DNA from: Euprymna scolopes
Lineage: Eukaryota
Assembly (NCBI GenBank): GCA_053919585.1
Contig: CM132798.1
Length of the DNA: 64,000 nucleotides
Direction: 5' to 3' (one strand)
The notes under the pieces were generated by a model. It did not search any database and was not told the origin of the DNA. It saw nothing but the letters and a program-made list of their open reading frames with translations. How positions within the stretch are numbered: position 1 is the stretch's first letter; every line of letters starts with the position of its first letter. Shown here piece after piece: positions 12,770-23,946 of the stretch. A program made the translations under genes and the position numbers.

Positions 12770-13024
12770 CGCCTCACACAGCACCTATCAGAAAACAATG
12801 CCATTCAACATCATATTACAGCTTATAATAATAAACTGAAGTGAACCGAAATAAGAAATATATCGACCATTAACACTAGAATTAAGTACCGAAATAATTG
12901 CACACAAAGATTAAAATTATTGGACGAAGTATAAAAAATTACAGCTCAGCATTAAATACATAGCTCTTAGCACACAGGTACGAGCATATTAAACATATGT
13001 AAGAACAATTTATACATATCCATA

Positions 13025-13093
<69 letters not shown>

Positions 13094-13097
<4 letters not shown>

Positions 13098-14612
13098 CCT
13101 CGATCGCTTTATTGCAGATTAGTAAAATATCAATATTTCACTAAATATACGTCACAACAAAATGAAAATTATATTATCAAACGACGGCTTTAAGGTTAAG
13201 TATTTTCCAAAGTTTAATTCAAATTCAAGCGATATTCATGAAGCGATGATATTTTATTCTTTATCGTAGAATTTACACTGTCTATCACTTTATTGTAGTT
13301 CTGTTACAATGTTGTTTTAGGGCAAAAATGCATTGTCTTATTATGCACATTTTTTGGATGAATTTTTATGTCAAAGAATAATGAGAAAAATAACACATCC
13401 TAGGTGTTAAGCCCCAAATAAATGAATTATTTATCTACATATCCACTATTTTTTAAATAACTTAAAACAACCTATTGTCCCCCGGGGAAGTCAAATGTTT
13501 GATCTCAAAAAAGAGTCATGGCTCTAGCAATATCAACTATGTTCTCCCCAAGGCACCCTTTGAAGTAAATTTCTCTCCTCCCTCATAAACTCCTCTTTTT
13601 AATATTTAACAGAGATATTCAATGGGGTTATGGTTTGGAAAACGCAGTGGTCAGGTCATGAGAGTTTTTCAAAAAAAGCTCATAGATTCAAGGAAGGCTG
13701 CAGTCGTCCTAGCAGAATCAATATGGTGCAGTGTCATGCATAAAATTGTCTGAAAGCGACGTGACAATGGTAGGTTATCTAGACAAGGTGTCAAATGTTT
13801 ATCCAAAAAGGCCGTGTACGCATTGCTGGTAAGTTTACACCCTCTGGAACTCAGAATGGTCCAACCAACTTATCCCTAATGATTCCCGTCCAAAACATGA
13901 TGTTGGCAATGAACTCTGTAAGGGGTTGGAGTTCCGTTCGAGTTCCAAACTTTGGTCCATCTATCCGTACCGTCAAGAGTATCACGGGTCTGATCTGTAA
14001 ATAGAACACTTAGGAAATTCATTCTCATGTAATTCTGTCCCCAAGCCTTTCATTTTTCCCTATGTTGTTTGTTTAATGGAGGCCTTGGAATATTTTTGAT
14101 GTTCCTTGCCACTTCATTCAACATATTACATCGGGCTTGTCTGGATCTTGGAGCGATTCCAGCTGCAAAAATGGAAGCACTGGTACTGTTTGGGTTTCGG
14201 TTGACTTCCCTACGGATATTCCGAATATCACGATGTGAAACGTTTCTCCTGGTGTCCTTCTCCTTTCTGGATTTAGCGTTGGAGATGTTCACGAATGAAG
14301 CCAAAGTTCTTGGATCCCTTCCCAGCTCCATAGCTAAATCTTTGATGAACAATCCTTCTGCGAGACCAGCAACAATCCTTTCCTTTTAGATAACCGTTAA
14401 TCGCCCCTTTTTTAGCATTTTAAAAGACCGGCAATAAAGCGGTGGACAGCATAAATTAGTTGATAATAAATAAAATGTCATAACTTCGTGAATATCGCAT
14501 GGATTTGAATAGAATTTCGGGAAATAACTAACCTTGAAACAGTCATTTGATGATACAATTGTCATTTTTGTATGATGTATATTTAGTGAAATATTGATAT
14601 TTTACTAATCTG
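13094..14612 (-). mobile_element. Tc1-like DNA transposon, degenerate DD34E transposase
   Basis: About 150-bp diverged TIRs (13115-13265 vs 14460-14612, cut by gap); minus-strand HTH region ELGRDPRTL, VLFTDQTRDTLDG.D.W, IMFWTGI, FMHDTAP, NPIEYL with stops and frameshifts. Confidence 0.9.
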
Positions 14613-14756
14613 NNNNNNNNNNNNNNNNNNNNNNNNNNNNNNNNNNNNNNNNNNNNNNNNNNNNNNNNNNNNNNNNNNNNNNNNNNNNNNNNNNNNNNNN
14701 NNNNNNNNNNNNNNNNNNNNNNNNNNNNNNNNNNNNNNNNNNNNNNNNNNNNNNNN
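14613..14756. other. Assembly gap
   Basis: Run of N. Confidence 1.
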
Positions 14757-14904
14757 CACTCCTTCCTTATCATTCTCTTTCTAACAACCAACTTTAGTCA
14801 AACTAACTAAATAAAATTAAATAGATAAATAAAACTAAAACAAAATAAAACAAATTAATAAATCATCTATATAAAGATAATAGAAAAAAGCTTCTTTAAA
14901 AAAG

Positions 14905-15115
14905 TTACACCTGATGACGATCATTCATCGAAAGCACTAGAGATGAATGATTGGCAAAAAATCACTCGGCTACATAATACAACATTTACCAATTGAAACT
15001 AGAAGAATTACTCGGCGAATCGATAAAATCAACAGAAAAATAGAAGAGAAAAAAGCTCCGTCTTATTTCATCTGACTGTCTTGATAACGAAATGCTGGCA
15101 AAATATACGCGTATA
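14905..15115 (+). mobile_element. Penelope-like pseudo-LTR: hammerhead followed by ORF N-terminus
   Basis: cac CTGATGA c gat cattc atc GAAAG cacta, then LGYIIQHLPIETRRITRRIDKINRKI...CLDNEMLAKYTRI, resembling the PLE N-terminal CLxxxLLPKYT motif. Confidence 0.55.
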
Positions 15116-17849
15116 TGAGGTCCTTTTCCAAAAACTTTCGTTGAAAACATTTGCACTCCGAACAGGCTACAACAGTAAATTTCAAACCTGATGTCAACAA
15201 TCTATTTATCTTATTAAGTTTTATCTTCGTGTCCTTGTGTGTATTTTCTTCTTGTTACGTTGTGACATATTTGAAAGATATTACTTTGCTATTATAATTC
15301 ATGTTGCTGAACATATTACATCACGCTATTCATCGGTATCTTGTGGTGCCTACTAAGTCGTAATCGGTTGCGATAACTTTTATTCATGCATAGTATTTTC
15401 ATTGTGTGATGTTTCTTTATAGTATTTTTTTGAAATAACATCAAGAATTTAAGACTGGAGAGAAATATTTTAGTGTAGATTTAAACCTCGGTTTACCCCG
15501 AAATCTGTTTTTAAACTTATTACCTATTTTAGACAATTCATTTAGACAAACATTTTACCTATAGATTGTTATATTGATTACTGTGTAAAATACACATCTA
15601 CAAGAACATAAGTCAGTCGCGATATTATATACCATTGACTAAAACTTAAACATGGGATAAGATCTTATCTAAGCCTTTCTCCGTACTGTACATGTATTGC
15701 TGACATTATGCGATAGAAACGTTGATACCTCAAAAACTATGCATTTGGTCAGCTTGAAATGTTGCTTGTCGGTTACTGCTATCAGAGAGCATCGAATCTA
15801 TATATCAATATTAACGAATCGGAAGGTCAATCCCTCGCCCAAACTTCAACCATGTCCAGAATTCTCGAAGGACAAGCTCATAAGAAAACGAGACATCATT
15901 AGTTACAATATATTCTAAAGACAAAACCACGAAAATAACTAATTATAGAACAATCCTAACTTTTATTCACTGTCGATACAACGTGAAGTTCTTGTTATCT
16001 TCAATATCCTGCGACTAAATATTTCTCCTCTTTTCTTTTGGCGTGTTTAAAGCACAATAGTAATTATTTTCAATTTTCACAATGATTTTTATATTTTCAT
16101 ATATCGATAAAATATTTTACGTGAAGTTTGGGCACTTTGATGTTTACATTTGTTATTTTATTTCTTATGTAACAGAGATCGGACAGCAGAGATAGCGAAT
16201 GCTATTTCACCGGATAATTATCAAAATAAGTTCTCAGAAGCAGACAATCATGCTCCCTATCTTCTCCTTACGAAATGGCAACCTTCCAACCAAAGACACG
16301 ATTAATATGAAACCAAGAACTTTTATAATCTCCATAAAAGCTGATGGTAAAATTTCTCTTTTCGATGACTTTTGTGTATTTTCTCTTGTAATGCTCTTCA
16401 GACATCAGTCTACGTATTTAGTTACACAAGCGCCATTAGAGATCGAAACGAAAGCGATTTACAAATAACCTTTTAGATATAAGAATACACATTGAATACA
16501 GACATTTTTATTCTTAACTAGCTGTATTATTGCCCAGGACACGCTTTACTTCATTTTTTTCCTCGGTATTTTCTTTTATAAATTAGTCTTCTTAGGTAAA
16601 ATTTAAAAAAGTTCAATTATATCATGCGTTATCATAAATATATTATTGATCGAATCGAAATGTTATAAAATATGACAGACATGTTAGATTGATATTGCTT
16701 TTTTTATTGATTAATAAAATTTTGGGGATTTTAATATCATCAAAAACAAAAAAAAACGTCAAAAACAAAAAAAAAATGTATGAAGATTTATTTAAGATTA
16801 TAGAATTACAAATACGTTTATCGTCAATACTTTTAATAACTTCAAATTCGTTTCAAAGTTCAAAGATTTACGAAATAAGTTCATCAAATTTTACCTGATA
16901 TTGACAAAATATTTAAAGGGTTAACTTGTTTATTAAGAAACGTGCATGGCGTAATAGGCATTTAATTTCGTAATTCAATTATATTTTACAATTGCACTTT
17001 TTAAATAATTATTTACGGTATTTTCCGCTATTACACTTTTTTCAATAAATAAACAATAAAACGTAAAATAAAATAATCTGTAAATCACGTAAATGCAGGA
17101 AAGATAGACGTACGCAGTTACATGAGAAGTAATGACATAATTTCCTTCATAAAGCGATTAACTTTCATTATATTTCTGTCACTCTTCTCTCTCAGAAAAT
17201 TCTATTTCCGCCTTTGAAACATAATATTTTAAGTGATCTTATAGGATGCTAAGTGGTACCACTCGAAAATCAGGTCACTTAGCAATGTTTTTCTCACTGG
17301 CTTAAAATGATATGTTCTTCTTACGTTATAAATTAGCAGTATCAACGATTGAACTCTGAATTAATAAATACTAATTCTATACACCTGTTATTTTACAGAA
17401 GCTTTAAAAATAACAGTTCGGTCTTCCGATTCTCACCGTGTTAGATATTACATACCACTCAGATGCATTTTGAGTAAAGAGTAGATACAATTTGAGAAAT
17501 GCATTCAATTACTTTTCTGATAAATGTTCACACATGAATACGTAATTATGAGATTAGTTGATTGATTTGGATATGATAGAATGGATTTTGATTATTTTTA
17601 TTTTTGATAAGTTTTAGCTTAAATGTTAATGAGAAAGATTAATATCCTGCTACGTATGACCGGTTATTCATCTCACCTCATTAAGCAACTCTTAGCTCAA
17701 ATTCGTTTCTTATCGTTGAGAACTCTCAGTTGAATTAAAGTCGGTCAATTTAGCTCTTATGCATAGATCATCGTATAACGATTAGATCACTGTCTGACTG
17801 ACGTAAAGAACATTTAAAATTAAAATGTTTAAATTCAACGTTATTTCAT

Positions 17850-17996
17850 GCGGTTAATGGTAGCTGAATGGATACGGTTTTTGCTAATCGAGCCAGAGAT
17901 GTCTCGTTTTGCGGAGTTCGAATCGTTCGGATGGTGTTAATCGTGGCACCCTGCACTGAAGATTCCCGAAGGGATGAAACACTAGTGTCTGTAGGT
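17850..17996 (+). mobile_element. tRNA-headed element with intact hammerhead (family C)
   Basis: A box TAGCTGAATGG 17861-17871, B box GAGTTCGAATC 17914-17924, HHR 17950-17995; homologous head at 58230-58316 (-). Confidence 0.75.
17950..17995 (+). ncRNA. Type I hammerhead ribozyme
   Basis: cctgca CTGAAGA t tccc gaa ggga t GAAAC actagt GTC tgtagg: 6-bp helix I, helix III ACACTAGTGT is a perfect palindrome, GUC triplet. Confidence 0.85.
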
Positions 17997-18021
17997 ATTT
18001 AATTATTATAGTAAAAAAATC

Positions 18022-18059
<38 letters not shown>

Positions 18060-18064
18060 TTATA

Positions 18065-18200
18065 TATATAATTATTTCCACAGCGCAAAGAACTGAGCAG
18101 TCCACAAGAGCCTTAGATTAAACACTTAGATTTTCGGTTCGTTGGCTGGTGTGGCTCTTGTGGACTGCAGCGTTCTTTGGGCTGTGGAAATAATTATATA
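18065..18200. repeat. Inverted repeat, ~48-bp arms
   Basis: TATATAATTATTTCCACAGC..CAGTCCACAAGAGCC (18065-18112) vs its reverse complement at 18153-18200. Confidence 0.9.
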
Positions 18201-18222
18201 TAATCTCTCACATTCTGAAAAT

Positions 18223-18303
<81 letters not shown>

Positions 18304-18574
18304 CGAAACGATAAAATTGTCGCCTTAGATCATTTCCGTTTAATAAAAACCTGCTTTTCTTTTTTGCTGCAAACCATCTGCTCGTTCGCCAGTTGTGTAC
18401 AAATCCCAAGAGAGATAAATGTCTTCTGTCATGACTGACACACTGTTCACCGAACGAGACTGGAGACTCGGCGCTTTGCAACTCATGCTCCCTACAGGAT
18501 CATTGCTAGAACTCTCAAAATATAAATCCGGACGTTTCAACGCTTGAGAGTAAAATCCAACGCATCGGACGATC

Positions 18575-18890
18575 CACGGTTATGGTCTTTGGTGTGGCTT
18601 TAAATGAGGCCCACATCATGCAACCTCGCATCTTCGAATTCAGCTTGAAAGTCAACACCAAAGTGTACCTGGATGTGCTGAAGAGTGTGGTTATCCCCTG
18701 GTGCAATAAGTTGGCCGATTGCTGGGTGTGGCAACAGTACCCAGACCCGGCTCACAAAGACAGTCCAAAGAGACCCAGGCTTGGTTTCAGAAGGAGTGCT
18801 ACCAATTTGTACTCTTATTGGCTCCTCTATCTTCCTCCACCTGAACCTGCTGTATCATTTCGTTTGATTACACGTCGAGAACATCTCCAA
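18575..18890 (+). mobile_element. maT/DD37D-type (Tc1/mariner) transposase fragment
   Basis: VMVFGV..GHIM.P.IF..LKVNTKVYLDVLKSVVIPW..WVWQQ(D).PAHK.KETQAW..LNLL(D).FV with frameshifts. Confidence 0.8.
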
Positions 18891-20183
18891 AGTCAACTGT
18901 AACTGCCAATGCTCCTCAAATTGCCCACTTGCCAATAACTGCACCCACAATTTACCATTTATACATAGCTAAAGCAACGCCAATAGTAAGAGAAACAAGA
19001 AAAATCAATGTTACAAAGTCTAAAAAGGAAATTATTGTCCATTGTAGGTACAGAAACGTATTTATGTATGGACACTTTCTGAACCACACCGATAAATCAT
19101 CCCAATTAACATTTAACCCTATCTGCCTCTGAATATCATATTCTACAATTAATCCCTTCTGATTATATATAATCAAATTTAACCTAATCTACATTTTTTT
19201 AGATAGTTTTAATGCCGCCTTAACCTTCATCGCCGTTCTAATCGCCTGTAGGCCCCCTTCAGGGATTCTAAACAATCAGCCTCTATTAATTCTGTTATAC
19301 TTCTCTATTCGTTAAGCTACGTATACCCTTATAAATCTACATTACCAATAAGCGGAAAGCACTTAACCCACACTCCTCCAACCGTAATAACGCCTTTAAA
19401 TCTATGTGGACATACCTTTCCTCTAGATAATCGTAAATGATCATATTTTAATATCTTAACATTAATGATTCAAAGTGATCAAATTCTATTTACTTAGTGT
19501 TAATTACCTACTACGCTTAACCCTTTTTCTTTCCCATCGCTACACCCTATAAGGACATTGCAGCCTAACCCCTGCACTAACTGTCCTCGTGTGTAAGCTT
19601 CCCTTGAATTTAGACAATACCGAAAATCATATCCTTAAGTATTTTCCTCCATCACATTTAATCTATTGTTACCCTCAAATCAGTAACACTATTCTCCTTT
19701 CCTCATTTATACTCTATCCCTTTTGCCCCAAATCATACACCCACCCACCGCTACGAAGCCCCTCTGCGAAATCTGACCTACTTATAAAGATGCTTAACAC
19801 TGTAATTTGAAATACCTACCCTTTCTACGTTTATACTGATTTGTCCTTTCCTTTTTCCTTTCATATACTTTCTTTTTTACTCTCTCTTTCTCTCTCACTC
19901 TTTCTTTCCTCTAACAGTTTTATTTTTATTTTTATCTATTCTTGAGTTCTACAACCAACCTGACATAAAGACAGTCTTTTTGTCTTCCCAATTCTGGATT
20001 GCACATATTTTAAACTCTCTACAATCGTTTTTAGCATTCTTAATATACGTTTTCAGTACTTATATAAATCTATATGGCATTAAAATCCTTACTTACTGGA
20101 GATGTATTTTTAACTCTGAGATAGTATTCTATCTTTACTCTTGAAGATTCCTGCAGTAAGAATATTTAAATTTCAGTTCTCCT

Positions 20184-20478
20184 TATAACATAGTGCGTAT
20201 GAGCTCGTGAGAAGCATGGCTTGCTTGCGAAGAGGTTAGCAGCGGAAGCAGTATAAAAAAGCATATGCAAAGTAGGGAGTGTGCTCGAGAAGAAAAAAGA
20301 AAATAAGGAGGAAAATGCGCCACGTGGTCGGGAGAAGCAAAATGCACGTCGAAGGAAATAGGCACGACAAGTCGAATCAACAGATATCAAAGACTATGCA
20401 AACTCTGATTTGGTCCGGCAATGATTCGACTGACTTTGTAAAATGTTTTGGTTTTTGTTTGTTTGTTTTTTTTTCTAC
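20184..20478 (+). mobile_element. Diverged LTR-like copy
   Basis: First ~150 bp homologous to 20872 onward (taacatagtgcgtatgagc..atgcaaa..gagaagaaaaaag..ccacgtg). Confidence 0.5.
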
Positions 20479-20871
20479 ATTTTAATATGTATTCTTGCGC
20501 AATCAAGCTGAATAACTGCTTCAATGAACTGTCCGAAAATAAAAAAAATAAGCGTCCTCGCTATTTAAACAGTTTACTGAGTTTTATTTTCCTTTCAACG
20601 TATAAAACTGTTGCCGTTAAATATTTGAAGAATACTTTAGAATTGCTTTATTTTATAAATGAAAAGAAGGAATGAATAAATAAGGAAACGAATTTCTGAC
20701 GAAAATAGAATAAAATGGAAATATCAAACATTATATACTAAGACATTTTTATTTGGATATAATGTTTCATGTTTTATTGTATAAACTTTTGAGTTTTCTT
20801 TTCTTGTTTTCTTTTATTACGTCATGCAGGTTTACTTAAATTTTTGTAAAGATGTTTTGGAAGGGAAGGTA

Positions 20872-21242
20872 TGTAACGTAGTGCATATGAGCGCGTAAGA
20901 AAATATCAGCAGCAGTGAAAGATAGCTGGCTTGAGAAGAGATTAGTAGCAGCAGTAGCTAAAAAAGCGCCTATGCAAATTAGAAAATGTGCGTGAGAAGA
21001 AAAAAGTAAAAAAAAGGAGAAAATGCACCACGTGTAAGGTTGGAGACGAGAATGGGTCGTCTCCGGCCAGCAAGTACTCACGAGATGGAGAAACGCGAGT
21101 CAAGCTAGATTGACATATAGCAGCGAAATACTTTTTAAGCGTTGTTGAGTAAGGGCAATTAAACTTCTGTTAAAAAAGAAAAAATGTCCACCCCGTTTTT
21201 ATTTCTTTCTTTTCTTTGTTTGTCTGTAACAGAAACGTTACA
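20872..21242 (+). mobile_element. LTR (solo or 3' LTR)
   Basis: TGTAACG...CGTTACA inverted termini, ATTAAA, T-rich U5-like end, purine tract GGAAGGGAAGG just upstream; no TSD found. Confidence 0.6.
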
Positions 21243-21385
21243 TCATGATGATTAGCATCCCAGATCTTTATCTGAATTCAGCTGATCCAAATTATAAGGC
21301 ATCAAATCAATGTATATTATTTCCCCAACATTTAAATTTTATTTTAAAAAATAATTGACTTCAAAAAGTGAGTGACCATCTTCTC

Positions 21386-21437
<52 letters not shown>

Positions 21438-21441
<4 letters not shown>

Positions 21442-22282
21442 AAGATGATTGATAATTTATAATTAAAATTAAAAAGTAAAAATCGGATTCATAAGGAAGA
21501 ACAAACAAAATCAATAAAGTGTACGATCATTTCGGAAACGATGTTTTTATTGTCATAGATATTGAGTCTTGGACAATAATTTTATCATATAGTTTTTTGA
21601 AACAAAGTCTCCTCATCAGCAAAAATATTGGGTGGGTTTTTTCTAAAGACACCAAAAATAAACCTAGCATTTTTTTAAAGTAAAGCAGATGTATCTGGAA
21701 AATATTTAAAATATAAAGGAAAATAGTTACTTTTTTTATGTTGATAAACAAGGTAAGATAAAATAAAAAATAAGATAAGATAAAATCTGGTTGAAGGTTA
21801 AGAGAGTCTAAATTTTAAAAATTTTAACAAAAATATAAATACCTTTTAATGGTTCGCCTTCTAAAATTCGTACGTATCATCGTCAATGCATTCATTTGGA
21901 TGGTAAATGTAGTTTAAGAATGCTTGAAAATGTTGATATACAAACTTTCAAAGGGGACGCCAATGGAACAATGTTTATAGTTAAAGTCGTTAGTGACGTT
22001 AAATTTAAAATCAGCTGAAATATTTCAATTACAAGGGGAGATAATTTTATTCAAATAGAAAAATAAAGGATTTAATTGTTAAAGGGAGATAACCACTAAT
22101 TATTTCATAGTTGATTTTTTTCTATAATAAATGCATCCTATTGGAAGTGATTAAATAAAAATAATATTTTTTTAAATTAGTAATTATAATATTTATAGAA
22201 CTTACATTAATAATATAATAATATATAAATTTAAAGTGCAATAGATAATAAGATAAAATAGAAAATAATGGTGAAATATCAG

Positions 22283-22336
<54 letters not shown>

Positions 22337-23815
22337 GTTAATAATTTATTAATTATAAATTTGGAGTTAGATTAATCATAAGATAATTTTATGATTTATG
22401 GGGGCTTAACTTTGTCGAGTCTGAACCAACGTTTATGAATGCATCCGGAAAAAATCATCTTTTAAATTCAAGACAATGGTTTTATTTTTATTATATTTTA
22501 AAATCTTAAGGGCTTAATATCTACAAAGTGCACGGAATCTGTCTAACGGCATATATGCTTTATAAGATCCTATTATTTCCCATTTTAAACTGAAGGGAAT
22601 ATTTCTATCATTGAGTCGCCATACATGTTTAGATACTCGTAAAGAAGTCTGGTTTCTAAAGGAAGGGTTTTTAAAAGGGTGCTTATGCGTTGAAATTCTA
22701 TGCTTAATAAGTCCAGATGTGAAACCGAAGTAGATAACATTTTGTTTAATATATTTGCTGTCAGTTAGATTAAGAGTGGTATTGGTATGTAATAGGTTTG
22801 GTTGTATTTGATTGGTAGATTGGTTAATGGGAGTGTTATTATTGAATAATTGTGTGGAAGAGTTAGATTGTGAAAAAGGGATTTATATGACTGTTATTAA
22901 CATAATTTGTATTTTGGGTGTGTGACACTGTGCAGCTATAAATCACATTTTTTATCTTGCAGGTACCTTGTAGAGGACATTAATTTTTTCTTCTACAGTT
23001 ACAGCCTGGTATAGTTTCTATATTTGCATTTTGTATCTTATTAATTTTTTTATTGTTAGAACTAATTATTTCTTTATGTAGGTTTGGTATAGTTGAGTAA
23101 GACACTTTGACCGTGTTATTATTAAATATTTTATTGTATCTATGAAGGACCTCATAGATACACATATCTAATATTTTAAAGAATACCCTGGCTATGTTTG
23201 TCTCAAGATCTTTAGAATATGGAGGGTTGAACAATAGGATTTCCCTATGTCTGTTTTTACGCTTACGGATTTTGGTTTGTTGTTTATTTGTGTTAGTGGT
23301 TAATACGCACGGTTTGATTTGGTTTTGTATTGTATTTTGATTATGTTTTGTCATTCGTCTGCGGGATGAGATGACCATATTATAGGTTATTATGTTTTTA
23401 GTAGGTTTATTGAAATTATTATCATTTTCAATGCAGTTTGTGTTATCGTTTTTATTTAGGTATTTTTGATGTCTTTAGAAAAAAAACCCACCTAATATTT
23501 TTGCTGATGAGGAGACTTTGTTTCAAAAAGCTATATGATAAAATTATTGTCATAGAATCAATAAAAACATCGTTTCCGAAACGATCGTATAATTTATTGA
23601 TTTTGTTTGTTCTTCCTTATAAATCCGATTTTTACTTTTTAATTTTAAGTATAAATTATCAATCATCTTACTTAATGTTAAAATAGCTCTAGGATATATA
23701 TGCCTATCGAGCTTATTATATATCTACATTACAACGAGCACTGTTTTCTTTTCTTTTATTTTAATTGTATTAAGGAATGTACTAATACATTAAAATATAC
23801 TCTGCTCTTTAGACT
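21438..23815 (-). mobile_element. 5'-truncated Penelope-like element, Naiad-type, with inverted pseudo-LTR
   Basis: LFNPPYSKDLETNIA thumb region, CNCRRKN*CPLQGTC (CxCx5Cx5C linker), NVIY..YFGFT..KHRI.TH GIY-YIG; ~230-bp inverted repeats 21438-21667/23456-23673, each containing an HHR. Confidence 0.85.
23498..23595 (+). ncRNA. Hammerhead motif with expanded helix II (inverted pLTR; sense copy at 21518-21625 minus)
   Basis: CTGATGA ggagac [55 nt] gtttcc GAAAC gatc GTA; helix III ACGATCGT palindromic; helix I weak. Confidence 0.65.
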
Positions 23816-23946
23816 NNNNNNNNNNNNNNNNNNNNNNNNNNNNNNNNNNNNNNNNNNNNNNNNNNNNNNNNNNNNNNNNNNNNNNNNNNNNNNNNNNNNN
23901 NNNNNNNNNNNNNNNNNNNNNNNNNNNNNNNNNNNNNNNNNNNNNN
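23816..23946. other. Assembly gap
   Basis: Run of N. Confidence 1.

Noticed and set aside
17850-17930. Functional tRNA genes here and at 9200, 29100, 58230
   Set aside because: No complete cloverleaf or acceptor stem; embedded in repeats, so treated as SINE heads
19100-19900. Strand-skewed region possibly from a LINE ORF1/endonuclease
   Set aside because: No diagnostic motif recoverable by eye
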